Positions 1 to 9,900 of a DNA stretch of 54,163 bases are shown here, piece after piece. The stretch's first letter is position 1; the number at the start of each line of letters is the position of its first letter. The stretch lies in IMG/VR virus record IMGVR_UViG_3300032223_000637, positions 1 through 54,163 of that record; one strand, given 5' to 3'. The DNA comes from a virus (Duplodnaviria; Caudoviricetes). The notes under the pieces are model-generated. The model had not been told where the DNA came from and did no database searches. It saw nothing but the letters and a program-made list of their open reading frames with translations. Position numbers and translations under genes: made by a program.

Positions 1-503
1 GGGCCATAGGGAACTTTGTTTGCTTCTACAAAATAATTTGCATAGAATGCCTTAGCCAACGGAATGTCATTTCCTATGATAGTTTTAAGATAAACATCCT
101 TGGCACGTTCTTGTCGCATTATAGAAGTGATCCTGCCCATATCTAACTGATTTATAGGAACATTGTCCATATCAGTCCAACCATCTAACCAAGGAGCATA
201 GTCGGTTTGCAGTGCGTGTATGAATTCGGTGCCCTCTCCTGCCCAGTCTGTAAACTTGCCAGCCATCTTAGGTGTAGCATTAACACGGCGAACAAAATCC
301 TCAGCGTCAATTTTAAGATGTTTTAGTAGTCCGATAAATGTAGAAGTTCCGCTTTCGCCTGCGATAATCGGAGGACGTTCAGGATCTTCAACTACAGTTA
401 CACTGAGAGTTGGCCAGTTTCTTTTTAAGAATAATGCAGTTAACCATCCTGCACTGCCTCCTCCGAGCACAACTGCTTTAGAATTTGTATTGAAGCGATT
501 CAT
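1..503 (-). CDS. Flavin-dependent tryptophan-halogenase-like protein (N-terminal part only; runs off the window edge)
   Basis: Not in the ORF track. Manual translation from ATG at 503 gives MNRFNTNSKAVVLGGGSAGWLTALFLKRNWP...PIIAGESG...NATPKMAGKFTDW: GxGxxG FAD motif plus the conserved Lys region. Overlaps the stop of the adjacent halogenase. Confidence 0.85.
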   Translation of the reverse strand, partial: MNRFNTNSKAVVLGGGSAGWLTALFLKRNWPTLSVTVVEDPERPPIIAGESGTSTFIGLLKHLKIDAEDFVRRVNATPKMAGKFTDWAGEGTEFIHALQTDYAPWLDGWTDMDNVPINQLDMGRITSIMRQERAKDVYLKTIIGNDIPLAKAFYANYFVEANKVPYG

Positions 504-1983
504 ATCTTTCCTTGATTTTTTCTAGACATACACGATGAGGCCAAGTTTCTACATTGTCGGTATACTGAGTATTTTCTCTCATTATCTCATTGTTGATTTC
601 GATGTACTTGTGCATCTGGCTTTCATATTTTTCTTTGATTTTTTCTGTGTTAAACATACGAAGCCCGTGCATTACCTGAGTATAACTTAGCTGGGTAAAC
701 AACTGCATTGGATGATTAAAATAATGCGGATGCGGCATATGATTCTTAAAGTAGTCTAGATAATCTTTATTGAAATCAGTGATAGCCATTTCGTTTTTAC
801 ACCAGCGCCAAAACTCTGTATCACTGCGTTCTGTGAAATAGTGCAGCTGAATAAAGTCGACAATATTCTTGGCAACAACACTCATATCTTGATTGTATTT
901 CTTCGGAGCGATGTCTGATCCTTTTTCATAAAAGAATATCGCAGGCAACAGCATAAATGACTGCTGTATTGTTGTGCCTATGCTGCTGGCCTCTAATGGC
1001 TCGACGAATATTCCGCTGAGTCCTATGCTGACACAGTTCTTAATCCAAAATTCTTCAACATATCCCGCACCAAATTTTACTCTACGACCAATCTTAAGCT
1101 CGTCAGTGATGCCTAGATTATTAGCATAATGCTGTGATACTTCATCGTAGGCTTTGGTTTCATCTATGAAACTATCACAGAATACATAACCATTACCAAA
1201 TCTTTCCTGTGTGGGAATGCGCCACACCCATCCGCTGCTTAATGCAGTTGATTCTGTGTAACTTGGAATTTCTTCTTTGTATCCTGTAGGAAAAGCCAAT
1301 GCTGAATTCATTGGCAGTTGGTTAGTACAGTCGATCCACTTGGCTCCTAGTTTAGAAGCAATCACTCTGCGGAAGCCACTACAGTCAACAAAGAAATCAT
1401 AACTGTGTGTTGTGTTGTCTTTGTCTAGCAACTCTTTGACATAGCCTTGCTCGTCTAGAATTACATCGTTGATTTCTGTATCTACAATATTGATGTTACG
1501 TTCTTTACAGAGTCTATGTAGGTAGTCGTTTAACTTGAATGTGTCAAAATGATACTGCGCAAATATTTCGTGCAGCGGCTCTGGATGTCTGCTGAGTTTA
1601 CTCCATTTAAAACAAGTATCTAAAGGATCGTAGTTGTTGGCAACCATATGGATCCAAGTAAAAGGCAAGCCGTTTTCTTTGCTGTGTCCACCAAATGTTT
1701 CCATCAGGCTGTGGAAATAGTGTGTGCCGTCGCCGTGCCAATCTGTAAACTTAATGCCCATCTTAAACGTAGCACCTGTTTCTCTAACAAGATCAGTAAC
1801 GTTAACGTCAATGTGTTGGATAAATTTACGCCAGTGTTCTGTAGATCCTTCACCTACACCAATAATACCTAGTTGGCTAGACTCGATCATTGTAATTTTA
1901 AGATCAGGATAGGCTTTGCGCATCATAAGAGCAACAACACAACCGCTGGTGCCACCGCCTAAAATACATAATGAATCTATCAT
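478..1983 (-). CDS. Flavin-dependent tryptophan-halogenase family protein (PrnA/RebH-like)
   Basis: GGGTSG, IGVGEGS, ATFKMGIKF (catalytic Lys position), FVDCSGF, GWVWRIP (WxWxIP), FVEPLEAS; 501 aa. Confidence 0.9.
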   Translation of the reverse strand: MIDSLCILGGGTSGCVVALMMRKAYPDLKITMIESSQLGIIGVGEGSTEHWRKFIQHIDVNVTDLVRETGATFKMGIKFTDWHGDGTHYFHSLMETFGGHSKENGLPFTWIHMVANNYDPLDTCFKWSKLSRHPEPLHEIFAQYHFDTFKLNDYLHRLCKERNINIVDTEINDVILDEQGYVKELLDKDNTTHSYDFFVDCSGFRRVIASKLGAKWIDCTNQLPMNSALAFPTGYKEEIPSYTESTALSSGWVWRIPTQERFGNGYVFCDSFIDETKAYDEVSQHYANNLGITDELKIGRRVKFGAGYVEEFWIKNCVSIGLSGIFVEPLEASSIGTTIQQSFMLLPAIFFYEKGSDIAPKKYNQDMSVVAKNIVDFIQLHYFTERSDTEFWRWCKNEMAITDFNKDYLDYFKNHMPHPHYFNHPMQLFTQLSYTQVMHGLRMFNTEKIKEKYESQMHKYIEINNEIMRENTQYTDNVETWPHRVCLEKIKERYESLQYKF

Positions 1984-3467
1984 AGTTTATAAACCTTATC
2001 TGAATAACGCTCTTTGACAATATTTACAGCTTCTCTACTGGTGTAGAATTTTGTGTCTTTTTCCGACGGCACTGTTGAGTAATGATATCTCACAGCTTCT
2101 ATGAAATGATGAAAGTGCGTATCATATTGCTGTTTGATTTTTTCTACATCGAACATTCTAAGTCCGTGCATTACCTGCACCCAATTTAAAATATCGTAGA
2201 TACAATAGTTTGTAGTAGGCAGTGCCAATTGATTGATAAAATTAGTTTTAAAGATTTCTAAATGTTCAGCATTGAAATCTGTCATTTTTAAATTGTTTTT
2301 ACACCAACGCCAAAATTCTGTGTCATTGCGTTCTGTGAAATAATGCAGTTGTATAAAATCTAAGATGTTGGTCATAACTTCGTCGAAAATCTTATTGTAA
2401 TGTTTTTCTGTTACAGTATCGTTGCGCTGCCAGGTCGACAGTGCACCAGCTAAAACTCGTGACTGTTGTACTGTTGTTGATATGCTGCTGGCTTCTAATG
2501 GTTCTACAAAACTGCTACTCAGCCCAACACTGACACAGTTCTTAACCCAAAACTTATCGACCTTTCCGGAAACAAAGTTGACCTTACGTGCGATTTTAAT
2601 GGGATCGGCAAACTCTTTTTGTATTTCAGCGATAGCCTGATCTTCGGAAATAAATCGATCACTGAAAACATAGCCGTTGCCAAATCTATCCTGTACAGGA
2701 CTGCGCCAATGCCATCCGCTGCTCAATGCTTTGGCTAGGGTGTATGGCGGAATTTCTTCTTGATAAGGACTAGGAAATGCGATAGCTGAATTCATTGGCA
2801 GATACTCTGACCAATCTACCCAAGTAGTTCCTAGCTTAGAAGCGATCACTCTGCGGAATCCACTGCTGTCTATGAAAAAATCAGCAGCATATTTGTTATT
2901 GTCAGTGTCAACAATAGACTCTACAAAGCCTTCTTGATCCAAAACAGCATCTACGATTTCAGCTTCAATGACTTCTATGTCACGTTCGCTGCATTTACCT
3001 AAGAAAAACGCATTTAGTTTTTCGCTGTCAAAATGGAATTGATAAAAATTATCAGCCAGCGGTTCTGCGTGTAGCCCACGCATCGCTAGATCCCAATGCA
3101 TCTTACTGTTGTCAATGCCGTCACGGATCATAGACATCATCGTGTAAGGACAGCCAGTGTAGGGATCTTGCACAGCCATATATTCCGGTAAACTGTGGAA
3201 GTAGTGTGTACCATCACCGTGCCAGTTTTCGAACTTAATGCCGCCTTTGAGTGTGGCGCCACACTCTTTGATGATTTCCCAATTGGCGATTCCTGTAGCC
3301 TTGGCAAACAAATCCCAGTGTTCTGTAGAGCCTTCGCCGACGCCGATGGTTCCTATCTTAGTTGATTTAACAACTGTGATTTTTAAATTAGGCAATGATG
3401 CTCGAAGATATAGCGCAGTCATTAGTCCTGCATTGCCGCCACCAAGCACAGTTAGTGTTTTAATCAT
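1980..3467 (-). CDS. Flavin-dependent tryptophan-halogenase family protein (paralog)
   Basis: GGGNAG, IGVGEGS, ATLKGGIKF, FIDSSGF, GWHWRSP, FVEPLEAS; clearly paralogous to 478..1983; ATGA-type overlaps. Confidence 0.9.
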   Translation of the reverse strand: MIKTLTVLGGGNAGLMTALYLRASLPNLKITVVKSTKIGTIGVGEGSTEHWDLFAKATGIANWEIIKECGATLKGGIKFENWHGDGTHYFHSLPEYMAVQDPYTGCPYTMMSMIRDGIDNSKMHWDLAMRGLHAEPLADNFYQFHFDSEKLNAFFLGKCSERDIEVIEAEIVDAVLDQEGFVESIVDTDNNKYAADFFIDSSGFRRVIASKLGTTWVDWSEYLPMNSAIAFPSPYQEEIPPYTLAKALSSGWHWRSPVQDRFGNGYVFSDRFISEDQAIAEIQKEFADPIKIARKVNFVSGKVDKFWVKNCVSVGLSSSFVEPLEASSISTTVQQSRVLAGALSTWQRNDTVTEKHYNKIFDEVMTNILDFIQLHYFTERNDTEFWRWCKNNLKMTDFNAEHLEIFKTNFINQLALPTTNYCIYDILNWVQVMHGLRMFDVEKIKQQYDTHFHHFIEAVRYHYSTVPSEKDTKFYTSREAVNIVKERYSDKVYKL

Positions 3468-4072
3468 AGGTCTACTTGTATAGTTGCTTTAGAGTCAGTG
3501 GCTAGATTGTGATTAACTTTACCTGTAGGGAATGTATTGAAACTAATGATAAATCTATCAAGCTGACCAAAGTGTGTAGGACTGCTGTGGAACAACCAAC
3601 TTGGAAATATAATTAATTTTCCTGGTACAGCATCTGAAGTAATTGAAGAATTATAGTCGTGTCGCAGTACTTCTAGTTGAGCAAACGCTCGCTGTGTTAC
3701 TGGATCTTCAAACAAGGTAGGTGCACCGTCAGTGGCATAGTATACTCCGCTGTACATACTCATAGAATGTCTATGATAGTTCTGATACATTGACTCTTTG
3801 CCTATGGCTACATTGAACCAACTGTTGATAATCTCAATTTTATCACAGTCGTATTTCATTGTTACACGGATTTCTTCCAGACATTCGCGGAACCAATCAA
3901 ACAATGGTTCAAAGTCTGGATCTTTATGTAGGTCTGCTAGTACACTGATGTTGGTGTTTTTCTTTACAGGCGCAGTGGTCATACGCTCTAGCTTACCAAC
4001 TAGTTCGTAGTTGTCTATGTTAGGATTGTTGAATACAAAAACTTCAACAGGAAAAAGATTTAGTATTTCCAT
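3464..4072 (-). CDS. Putative 2OG-Fe(II) oxygenase (TIGR02466-like)
   Basis: SWFN...HRH...SGVYY...GKLIIFPSWLFH...RFIISFN pattern. Confidence 0.8.
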   Translation of the reverse strand: MEILNLFPVEVFVFNNPNIDNYELVGKLERMTTAPVKKNTNISVLADLHKDPDFEPLFDWFRECLEEIRVTMKYDCDKIEIINSWFNVAIGKESMYQNYHRHSMSMYSGVYYATDGAPTLFEDPVTQRAFAQLEVLRHDYNSSITSDAVPGKLIIFPSWLFHSSPTHFGQLDRFIISFNTFPTGKVNHNLATDSKATIQVDL

Positions 4073-4650
4073 TAATACTCAACCCAACCTGTTAACAGAT
4101 ATTTTTCACCGCTCAGTGGAGGATTGCCACGATGTGTGTGCGTGAATCCTGCAGGCCAAATTGTCAGTGTGCCTTTGGTTGCAGGTACACGTAGGTTCTG
4201 GTAGAGCCATTCTGTTTCTCCACCTTGCTCTACAGTATTAAGATAGACGCCCCAGGCACAGATGCGAGCAGATCGCTCAATTGCATCTGATTCAAAATGC
4301 CATTGATGATATCCTTCGCCGGGCATTGTTTTTTGTATCTTCATTGATCGTATAGTATGCTTGCCTGCTTCTTGTAGAACGCTGTAATGTTCAAGATATT
4401 CAGACCAGCAATGCCAAAATCTATCCATAAAGAAACCTAGAAATCCTGCTCCCGGACCAAACCGCAGAGATTTTTCATCTAAAACGTAAACACCTTTGTC
4501 ACTTTTATAATGTGCAAGGCCGTCTTTGATTGCTTGTCTTGTGTAACTGAGTTGTAATTGATCTAGTCTATTGAAATGATCAATAATCTGCTGGCACTCG
4601 TTGTCTGTAAGAATGCCGTCCCAGATGCCAATATCTTTTTCTAGTTTCAT
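4072..4650 (-). CDS. 2OG-Fe(II) oxygenase (prolyl-4-hydroxylase-like)
   Basis: GYHQWHFE...YLN..GGET...WPAGFTHTHRGNPP..KY; start moved to ATG 4650 (MKLEKD), uncertain. Confidence 0.85.
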   Translation of the reverse strand: MKLEKDIGIWDGILTDNECQQIIDHFNRLDQLQLSYTRQAIKDGLAHYKSDKGVYVLDEKSLRFGPGAGFLGFFMDRFWHCWSEYLEHYSVLQEAGKHTIRSMKIQKTMPGEGYHQWHFESDAIERSARICAWGVYLNTVEQGGETEWLYQNLRVPATKGTLTIWPAGFTHTHRGNPPLSGEKYLLTGWVEY

Positions 4651-4725
4651 ATTCAATGCAGAACCCTTGTAAACGATACTATATATATCATAAATTAACA
4701 CAGCATATTACTATCCTGGACTCCT

Positions 4726-5319
4726 ATGAACTCTGAAAAAACACTTTGGCCTTTGTTCTCTAAACCAATTTTTAAAACACCTGTTGATGTTTCGGGGTTA
4801 GATCTCAGCAGCGTAGAATGGCTTCCAAATTACAATAATTGGATCAGCAAATCACAGAACATTCTAGAGCAACCTGGATTTGAAAAACTGTCACAGGTAG
4901 TGTTTGACGGAGTCTGTGAATATTTCTATGGTATAATGCAGGCCAGTGAAAAAGTTGAACTAGCGATCACAGAGTCCTGGTTAAACAAAACAGAAAAAGG
5001 ACAGATACACCATAGACATTATCATCCTAACAGCATTTTTTCTGCGATAGTATACCTTGAATCTGAAGGTGAAACAGGGCAAACTAAATTTATTACCAGC
5101 GAATATCAAACCATAGAATACGATATCAACGATTCAAATCTCTACAATTCCAAGAGTTGGAGTATCGCACCTAAGGTTGGAGATATGTTGGTATTTCCTT
5201 CTAGCGTTGAGCATATGGTTACAGAATATCAAGGTAACACTCCACGCATCACACTGAGCTTCAATACATTTTTACGTGGTCAAATCAACTCAATGCCGCT
5301 GACAAGGCTGAGTATTTAA
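4726..5319 (+). CDS. Putative 2OG-Fe(II) oxygenase (TIGR02466-like)
   Basis: SWLN...HYHPNS.FSAIVY...GDMLVFPSSVEH...RITLSFN; paralog of 3464..4072. Confidence 0.82.
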   Translation: MNSEKTLWPLFSKPIFKTPVDVSGLDLSSVEWLPNYNNWISKSQNILEQPGFEKLSQVVFDGVCEYFYGIMQASEKVELAITESWLNKTEKGQIHHRHYHPNSIFSAIVYLESEGETGQTKFITSEYQTIEYDINDSNLYNSKSWSIAPKVGDMLVFPSSVEHMVTEYQGNTPRITLSFNTFLRGQINSMPLTRLSI

Positions 5320-6146
5320 ATTTTAGACTTGGGATACTTGTTTCTAAAGTATTCAAACAGCTGAGTAATTACACGTATTTTATTTCCCACTGAGTCACTT
5401 CTAGGAAATCTGCTGTGATTTGAGAAGGTATAGGCTTCTTCTATTTCTTTTTCAACGTCACCTGCAACATCTACGATAAAATCAACACCACCTTGCTCTA
5501 CAAGTTTACGGCTGATAGGCACATATTGCACTAATGGTGTTCCTGCACGTATCAGGGTCTCGCCCTCAAGTACGTGCCAAAACAATTGGATACTAACAGA
5601 GTGCATATACTTAGGGTCAACGATTCCGATAGCTGCTGTAAATCTAGCTTCGTTGTCGTAGCTCACAGGAATCTGCAATAACAAGATATCATCGCTGGCT
5701 TTGATGCGCCACGGAGTTTCTACTTTAACCGCACTGTGTAGAGTAGGGCGATCTGTGTTGGGAATTTCTTTAGGAATCAAGGGTTCTGTCTGCGCAGGGC
5801 TGTGCCAGCTAACGTAGTAATCTGTGCCGCCAAAGGTATATTTGTCACTGTGACGCTTGAACATAAACGGAGTTTCCCAGTTTAAGTGCTGTACTTCTGG
5901 GCCCGTTTTGATCACGAAATCTGCAGGCGCTCGCATCACAAAACCAGACCTAACCAGTTGTTTGATCGCTGGGCAATTTAATACTACTTGCTTGCCCTGT
6001 TCGGGTCTATTTCGATCTGTTGTTGCTAGACTGTTCCAGTCGCGTTCTACGAGCTTTGACTGTGTTACAGGGTAAACAAGGGCAACGTTCTGATCTAAAC
6101 AATAGAACCTAACCCAGCTTTTTTTCTTTTTAAATAGATTAAACAT
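5316..6146 (-). CDS. Hypothetical phage protein (CPA...GF...AP and GTPLVQY motifs; beta-rich)
   Basis: 276-aa ORF with TAAATA 5 nt upstream of the ATG. Confidence 0.6.
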   Translation of the reverse strand: MFNLFKKKKSWVRFYCLDQNVALVYPVTQSKLVERDWNSLATTDRNRPEQGKQVVLNCPAIKQLVRSGFVMRAPADFVIKTGPEVQHLNWETPFMFKRHSDKYTFGGTDYYVSWHSPAQTEPLIPKEIPNTDRPTLHSAVKVETPWRIKASDDILLLQIPVSYDNEARFTAAIGIVDPKYMHSVSIQLFWHVLEGETLIRAGTPLVQYVPISRKLVEQGGVDFIVDVAGDVEKEIEEAYTFSNHSRFPRSDSVGNKIRVITQLFEYFRNKYPKSKI

Positions 6147-6151
6147 AGTGG

Positions 6152-6157
6152 TATTTA
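6152..6157 (-). promoter_or_regulatory. Late-promoter core TAAATA
   Basis: TAAATA-ccact-ATG on the minus strand. Confidence 0.6.
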
Positions 6158-6203
6158 CACGTTATCTGCACAGTTAACACAAGTCCTGAAAGATGCCGAA
6201 CTG

Positions 6204-6210
6204 ATAAATA
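6204..6210 (+). promoter_or_regulatory. Late-promoter core ATAAATA for the fibre/structural genes
   Basis: Resembles the T4 late promoter TATAAATA; followed by a GAGG SD and ATG 6236. Confidence 0.6.
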
Positions 6211-6235
6211 ATAGGACGAGGAACCTTTAATCACT

Positions 6236-6958
6236 ATGTCTAACTTTAACAGTATCAGATTACTACCAAATTATGATCACACAACTTTAACACGTAAAGT
6301 TGCAGCCAAGGGCGAAGTGTTTTATGACCCAGATACCGTATCTTTGCGAGTATTTGACGGTGCGGTTTCTGGAGGGTACACTCTTTTAAGAGCTGACCTA
6401 AACAACGTATCTGGAACACTACCTGCGGCAAATCTAGCAGGAAATATTCCCAACAGCAAACTAGCTAACCCTACGATAACACTGGGAACTACAGCGGCTT
6501 CACTAGGTGCAACAGTTACTGATATCGCTGGATTGAATTCTATCGCAGCTACAACATTCACTGGTAATTTGTCAGGTACTGCTTCAAGTGTAACCAACGG
6601 TGTTTATACTACAGGCCCACAGACTATCGGTGGTGCTAAAACATTTAGTACGACTATCGTAGGTAATATCAGCGGCAATGCTGGCACAGCATCAAAGCTT
6701 CAAACATCGATAACCATCAACAATCAACCGTTTGATGGATCGACCAGTGTCATTATACCAGCAGATGCAATGATGCTAACTAATGATACTATCGCAGCAA
6801 ATGTTATTCACTCAAGCCTACAAGATGTAGGTACATTGACAAGTTTATCAGTAGCGGGAGCAATAACTGTTCCAACTACCCCAGTTGCTAAAACAGATGC
6901 AACAAACAAAAATTATGTAGACATTAGAGCAGTGGCAATGTCAGTAGCACTAAGTTAA
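6236..6958 (+). CDS. Tail-fibre-like structural protein
   Basis: Thr/Gly/Asn-rich with fibre-type segments FTGNLSGTAS, GNAGTASKL, INNQPFDGS, SSLQDVGTLTSL, DATNKNYVD. Confidence 0.65.
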   Translation: MSNFNSIRLLPNYDHTTLTRKVAAKGEVFYDPDTVSLRVFDGAVSGGYTLLRADLNNVSGTLPAANLAGNIPNSKLANPTITLGTTAASLGATVTDIAGLNSIAATTFTGNLSGTASSVTNGVYTTGPQTIGGAKTFSTTIVGNISGNAGTASKLQTSITINNQPFDGSTSVIIPADAMMLTNDTIAANVIHSSLQDVGTLTSLSVAGAITVPTTPVAKTDATNKNYVDIRAVAMSVALS

Positions 6959-6979
6959 ATTAACCAAGGAAATACCTAA

Positions 6980-9900
6980 ATGTCGAAGAAACAGATTACG
7001 AATTATAAATTTAGTCCAGGCGGAATTCCTCCGGCATACGGTCTATATCCTAATGCAGTGGCATTGTTAACAGCGAACAAATCATTCCTTATCGCTGAGA
7101 TGGATCAATATATTCGCAACCAAATCACAGCAAACGCCAGCAACTCTAGCAGTCCGTACTATGGTTATTCGTACACGACTACAAGATCAAACAAGTGCCA
7201 ACGCGACACAGGGTATATCATTGATGCAATTATCTATGACTTGACCTATGGCGGAAACTCATTAATTTATCAGCAAGCTCAGCGTTTTTATGTCAACGGC
7301 GTCCTCCAGGTTCTTACTCCTGCTGTAGAAGTTGACACGCATACTTGGTTAAGAAACAAGATCACAACTAACATTTTAACAAAAACCAGCTACACAAAAC
7401 TCAACACTCAGCCAACAGCTAATCAGGTCCTATCAGGATCTGCCGGTGAAGCGGGCAGTGCTGCGGTAGTTACTACAGAATACAATGTAGTAATTAATGC
7501 TATCAATACTGGCTTGAGTTCGTTGCCTACAGCCGTTGTTCCAAACAGCCAAGGTGCTAATCTAGCTCCTGACACAGTAACATTATTAGATGCTAATAAA
7601 CGTTTTATTCAAGAAGAAGCCATTGCTTATATCCAATACAACGTAGCCAACAACATTGCGCCTTATGCCTACTATACCTATGACGCTGCAAAATGTCGAC
7701 GTGACGTTAGCTATATTTTAGATGGCTACATCAACGATATCAAACACGGAGGCAATAAAAAGACTGTTAACTATGCTTCGAAATACTTTGAAGGCGGAAT
7801 TCCACAGGTCGATGGCAGTCGTCAGCCTGAGGTCTATGCACATACTTTTATCAAAGATCTAATAGAAAACTATATTTTAGTCAACGTTGCATTTGCTGCT
7901 AGACAGACATCAGTACCACAGACAATTAATTTTTCTGTCAGTGCTGAAGTTTTTGGAACAACGCTAATTTCAACTCTTTCTGGCGTAGTTATTGATGTAA
8001 TTGCCAATGGCTTAACATCTGTACCTTCGATACTAACTAACCAGGGTACAGTTAAGTTCCCAGGATTCTACAAACTAAAAGACCTATTACTAATTACCAA
8101 CACATCACGTAGCGTGATTTTGTATAACTTTGCTGATCCAGCAACCGCAGCACAGATTACCTACAGCGGAGACTTTGACAGCGATTTTCCAGGAGCACTC
8201 TACGGCAACGACAAAGTTACCACAGTAACCTTTGACGTCGACACTACTGGAATGATGATCACCGATCAAATCCAAATTTTCGTTGAAGGCAAAGAACAAA
8301 CAGTACGATTAAATCCGATTGCCACAGACGCAATGGAACGTATGAAAGTAGGTATTCCACAGTCAATGCTTGACGCGGACTTTGAATACGGACTACAGCC
8401 AACTAAGTGGCAGACAGTTTCGATGATGCGTAACTATCCATCTGTTTATGAAATTCCAGGATCAGACCTTCCGGTTGTGTCAGTGACCACTGATGCATCA
8501 TCAGGCACCAGCGGTGTTGGTGCAAGCCAGATTACAGTTACTACTGTAGCTGCACACGGACTAAACGCAGGCGATGTGTTTACAATCAAAGCATTGGCAG
8601 CTTCTGTGTTAGGATTTAGCCGTGCAGAAGGTACATTCCTTGTTGCATCGGTAGTTAGTTCAGTGCAATTTACCTACTATGCAAAATCAAAAGTTGGCAC
8701 AACAAACCCAACTACACTAAGCCAAACATATACACAGTTACGTAAAGCTGGTTTCTATACAGGTGCATCAGTTGGTACACCAAGCTTCAACGTTTACTCA
8801 AATGGTCAAAGCGGTACTATTACTTCAAGTTTAATAACAGCCACTGGTTCAAACTTTATTGGTTTCACAGGTTCACCTCCTCCACAAGGAGCTCCACTAA
8901 CTGGTTCTTCTATTAACTCTGGTACACAGATCACAGCGGTAGTTGGAAGTGGTGGTACGGTTACAACTACACAATTGACCAGCACTGCCAACATTGGTGA
9001 CACACAGATTGTTGTTGCTAGCACCGCTGGCATATTGCCAGGATTGGTATTCAACCGCGGTGATGGCGTTGCTGTACAGGTTCTTGATGTAACCAGCAAC
9101 ACAGTTACACTAAGCGGCACACTAACCAGCTTAATCAATGGTACCAATCAAACCTACACAGAAGTCAACGGCACAGTATCACCCGCAGGCGGCACCGGAG
9201 CAACATTTGCTGTGTCAAGAACGGGCGGTTCATACACCGCAGTGGTCGGATCAAGTAACGGCCAAGGCTACAGCGCCAATGATGCTATTACAATTTTAGG
9301 TAGCAACCTGGGCGGCGCAAGTCCAGCTAACGATGCAACTATCACAGTTTTAACTGCTGCTCCAAAGAACACCGTTGTTGATTTAGACCCAACAACATTA
9401 AATGTCGGCTCAGGCGGTTACAGTGATGCTACTGGTGTGTTGACTGTAGGCGGAACTGGTACTGGTTTAACTGTAGATATCACAACCTCTGCTACGGTCA
9501 TTCAAACGGTTACTGTACGTAATCCAGGCAGCGGTTACACAGTGGGCAATACAGTTACTATCGCAGGCGGTAATGGCGATGCAGTTATCAGCATACTAAC
9601 AGTTGCACCAGGTGGAGATATTCAAACATTTACTATCGGCGGCACGCCAGCGACTGCACCAAGCGTTGGATTTACCAGTGCTATTACACTAAGTGATATA
9701 ACAACTGGAAATATTTCAAACGCCAGCACATCGGTGTCATATACTTCAATCCCAACAATTGAAGTAACATTCTTAAACGCACACGGATTTATTCCAGGCG
9801 ACAGTATTACAGTTGCTATTACCAGTTCAGATACCAATGCTCAACTAGCAGCAGGTGCATATTATGTTGAACAAACTCCAACAACAAGTTCGTTGCGTTA

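Noticed and set aside
220-525. 101-aa plus-strand ORF in the track
   Set aside because: Antisense shadow of the partial halogenase on the minus strand
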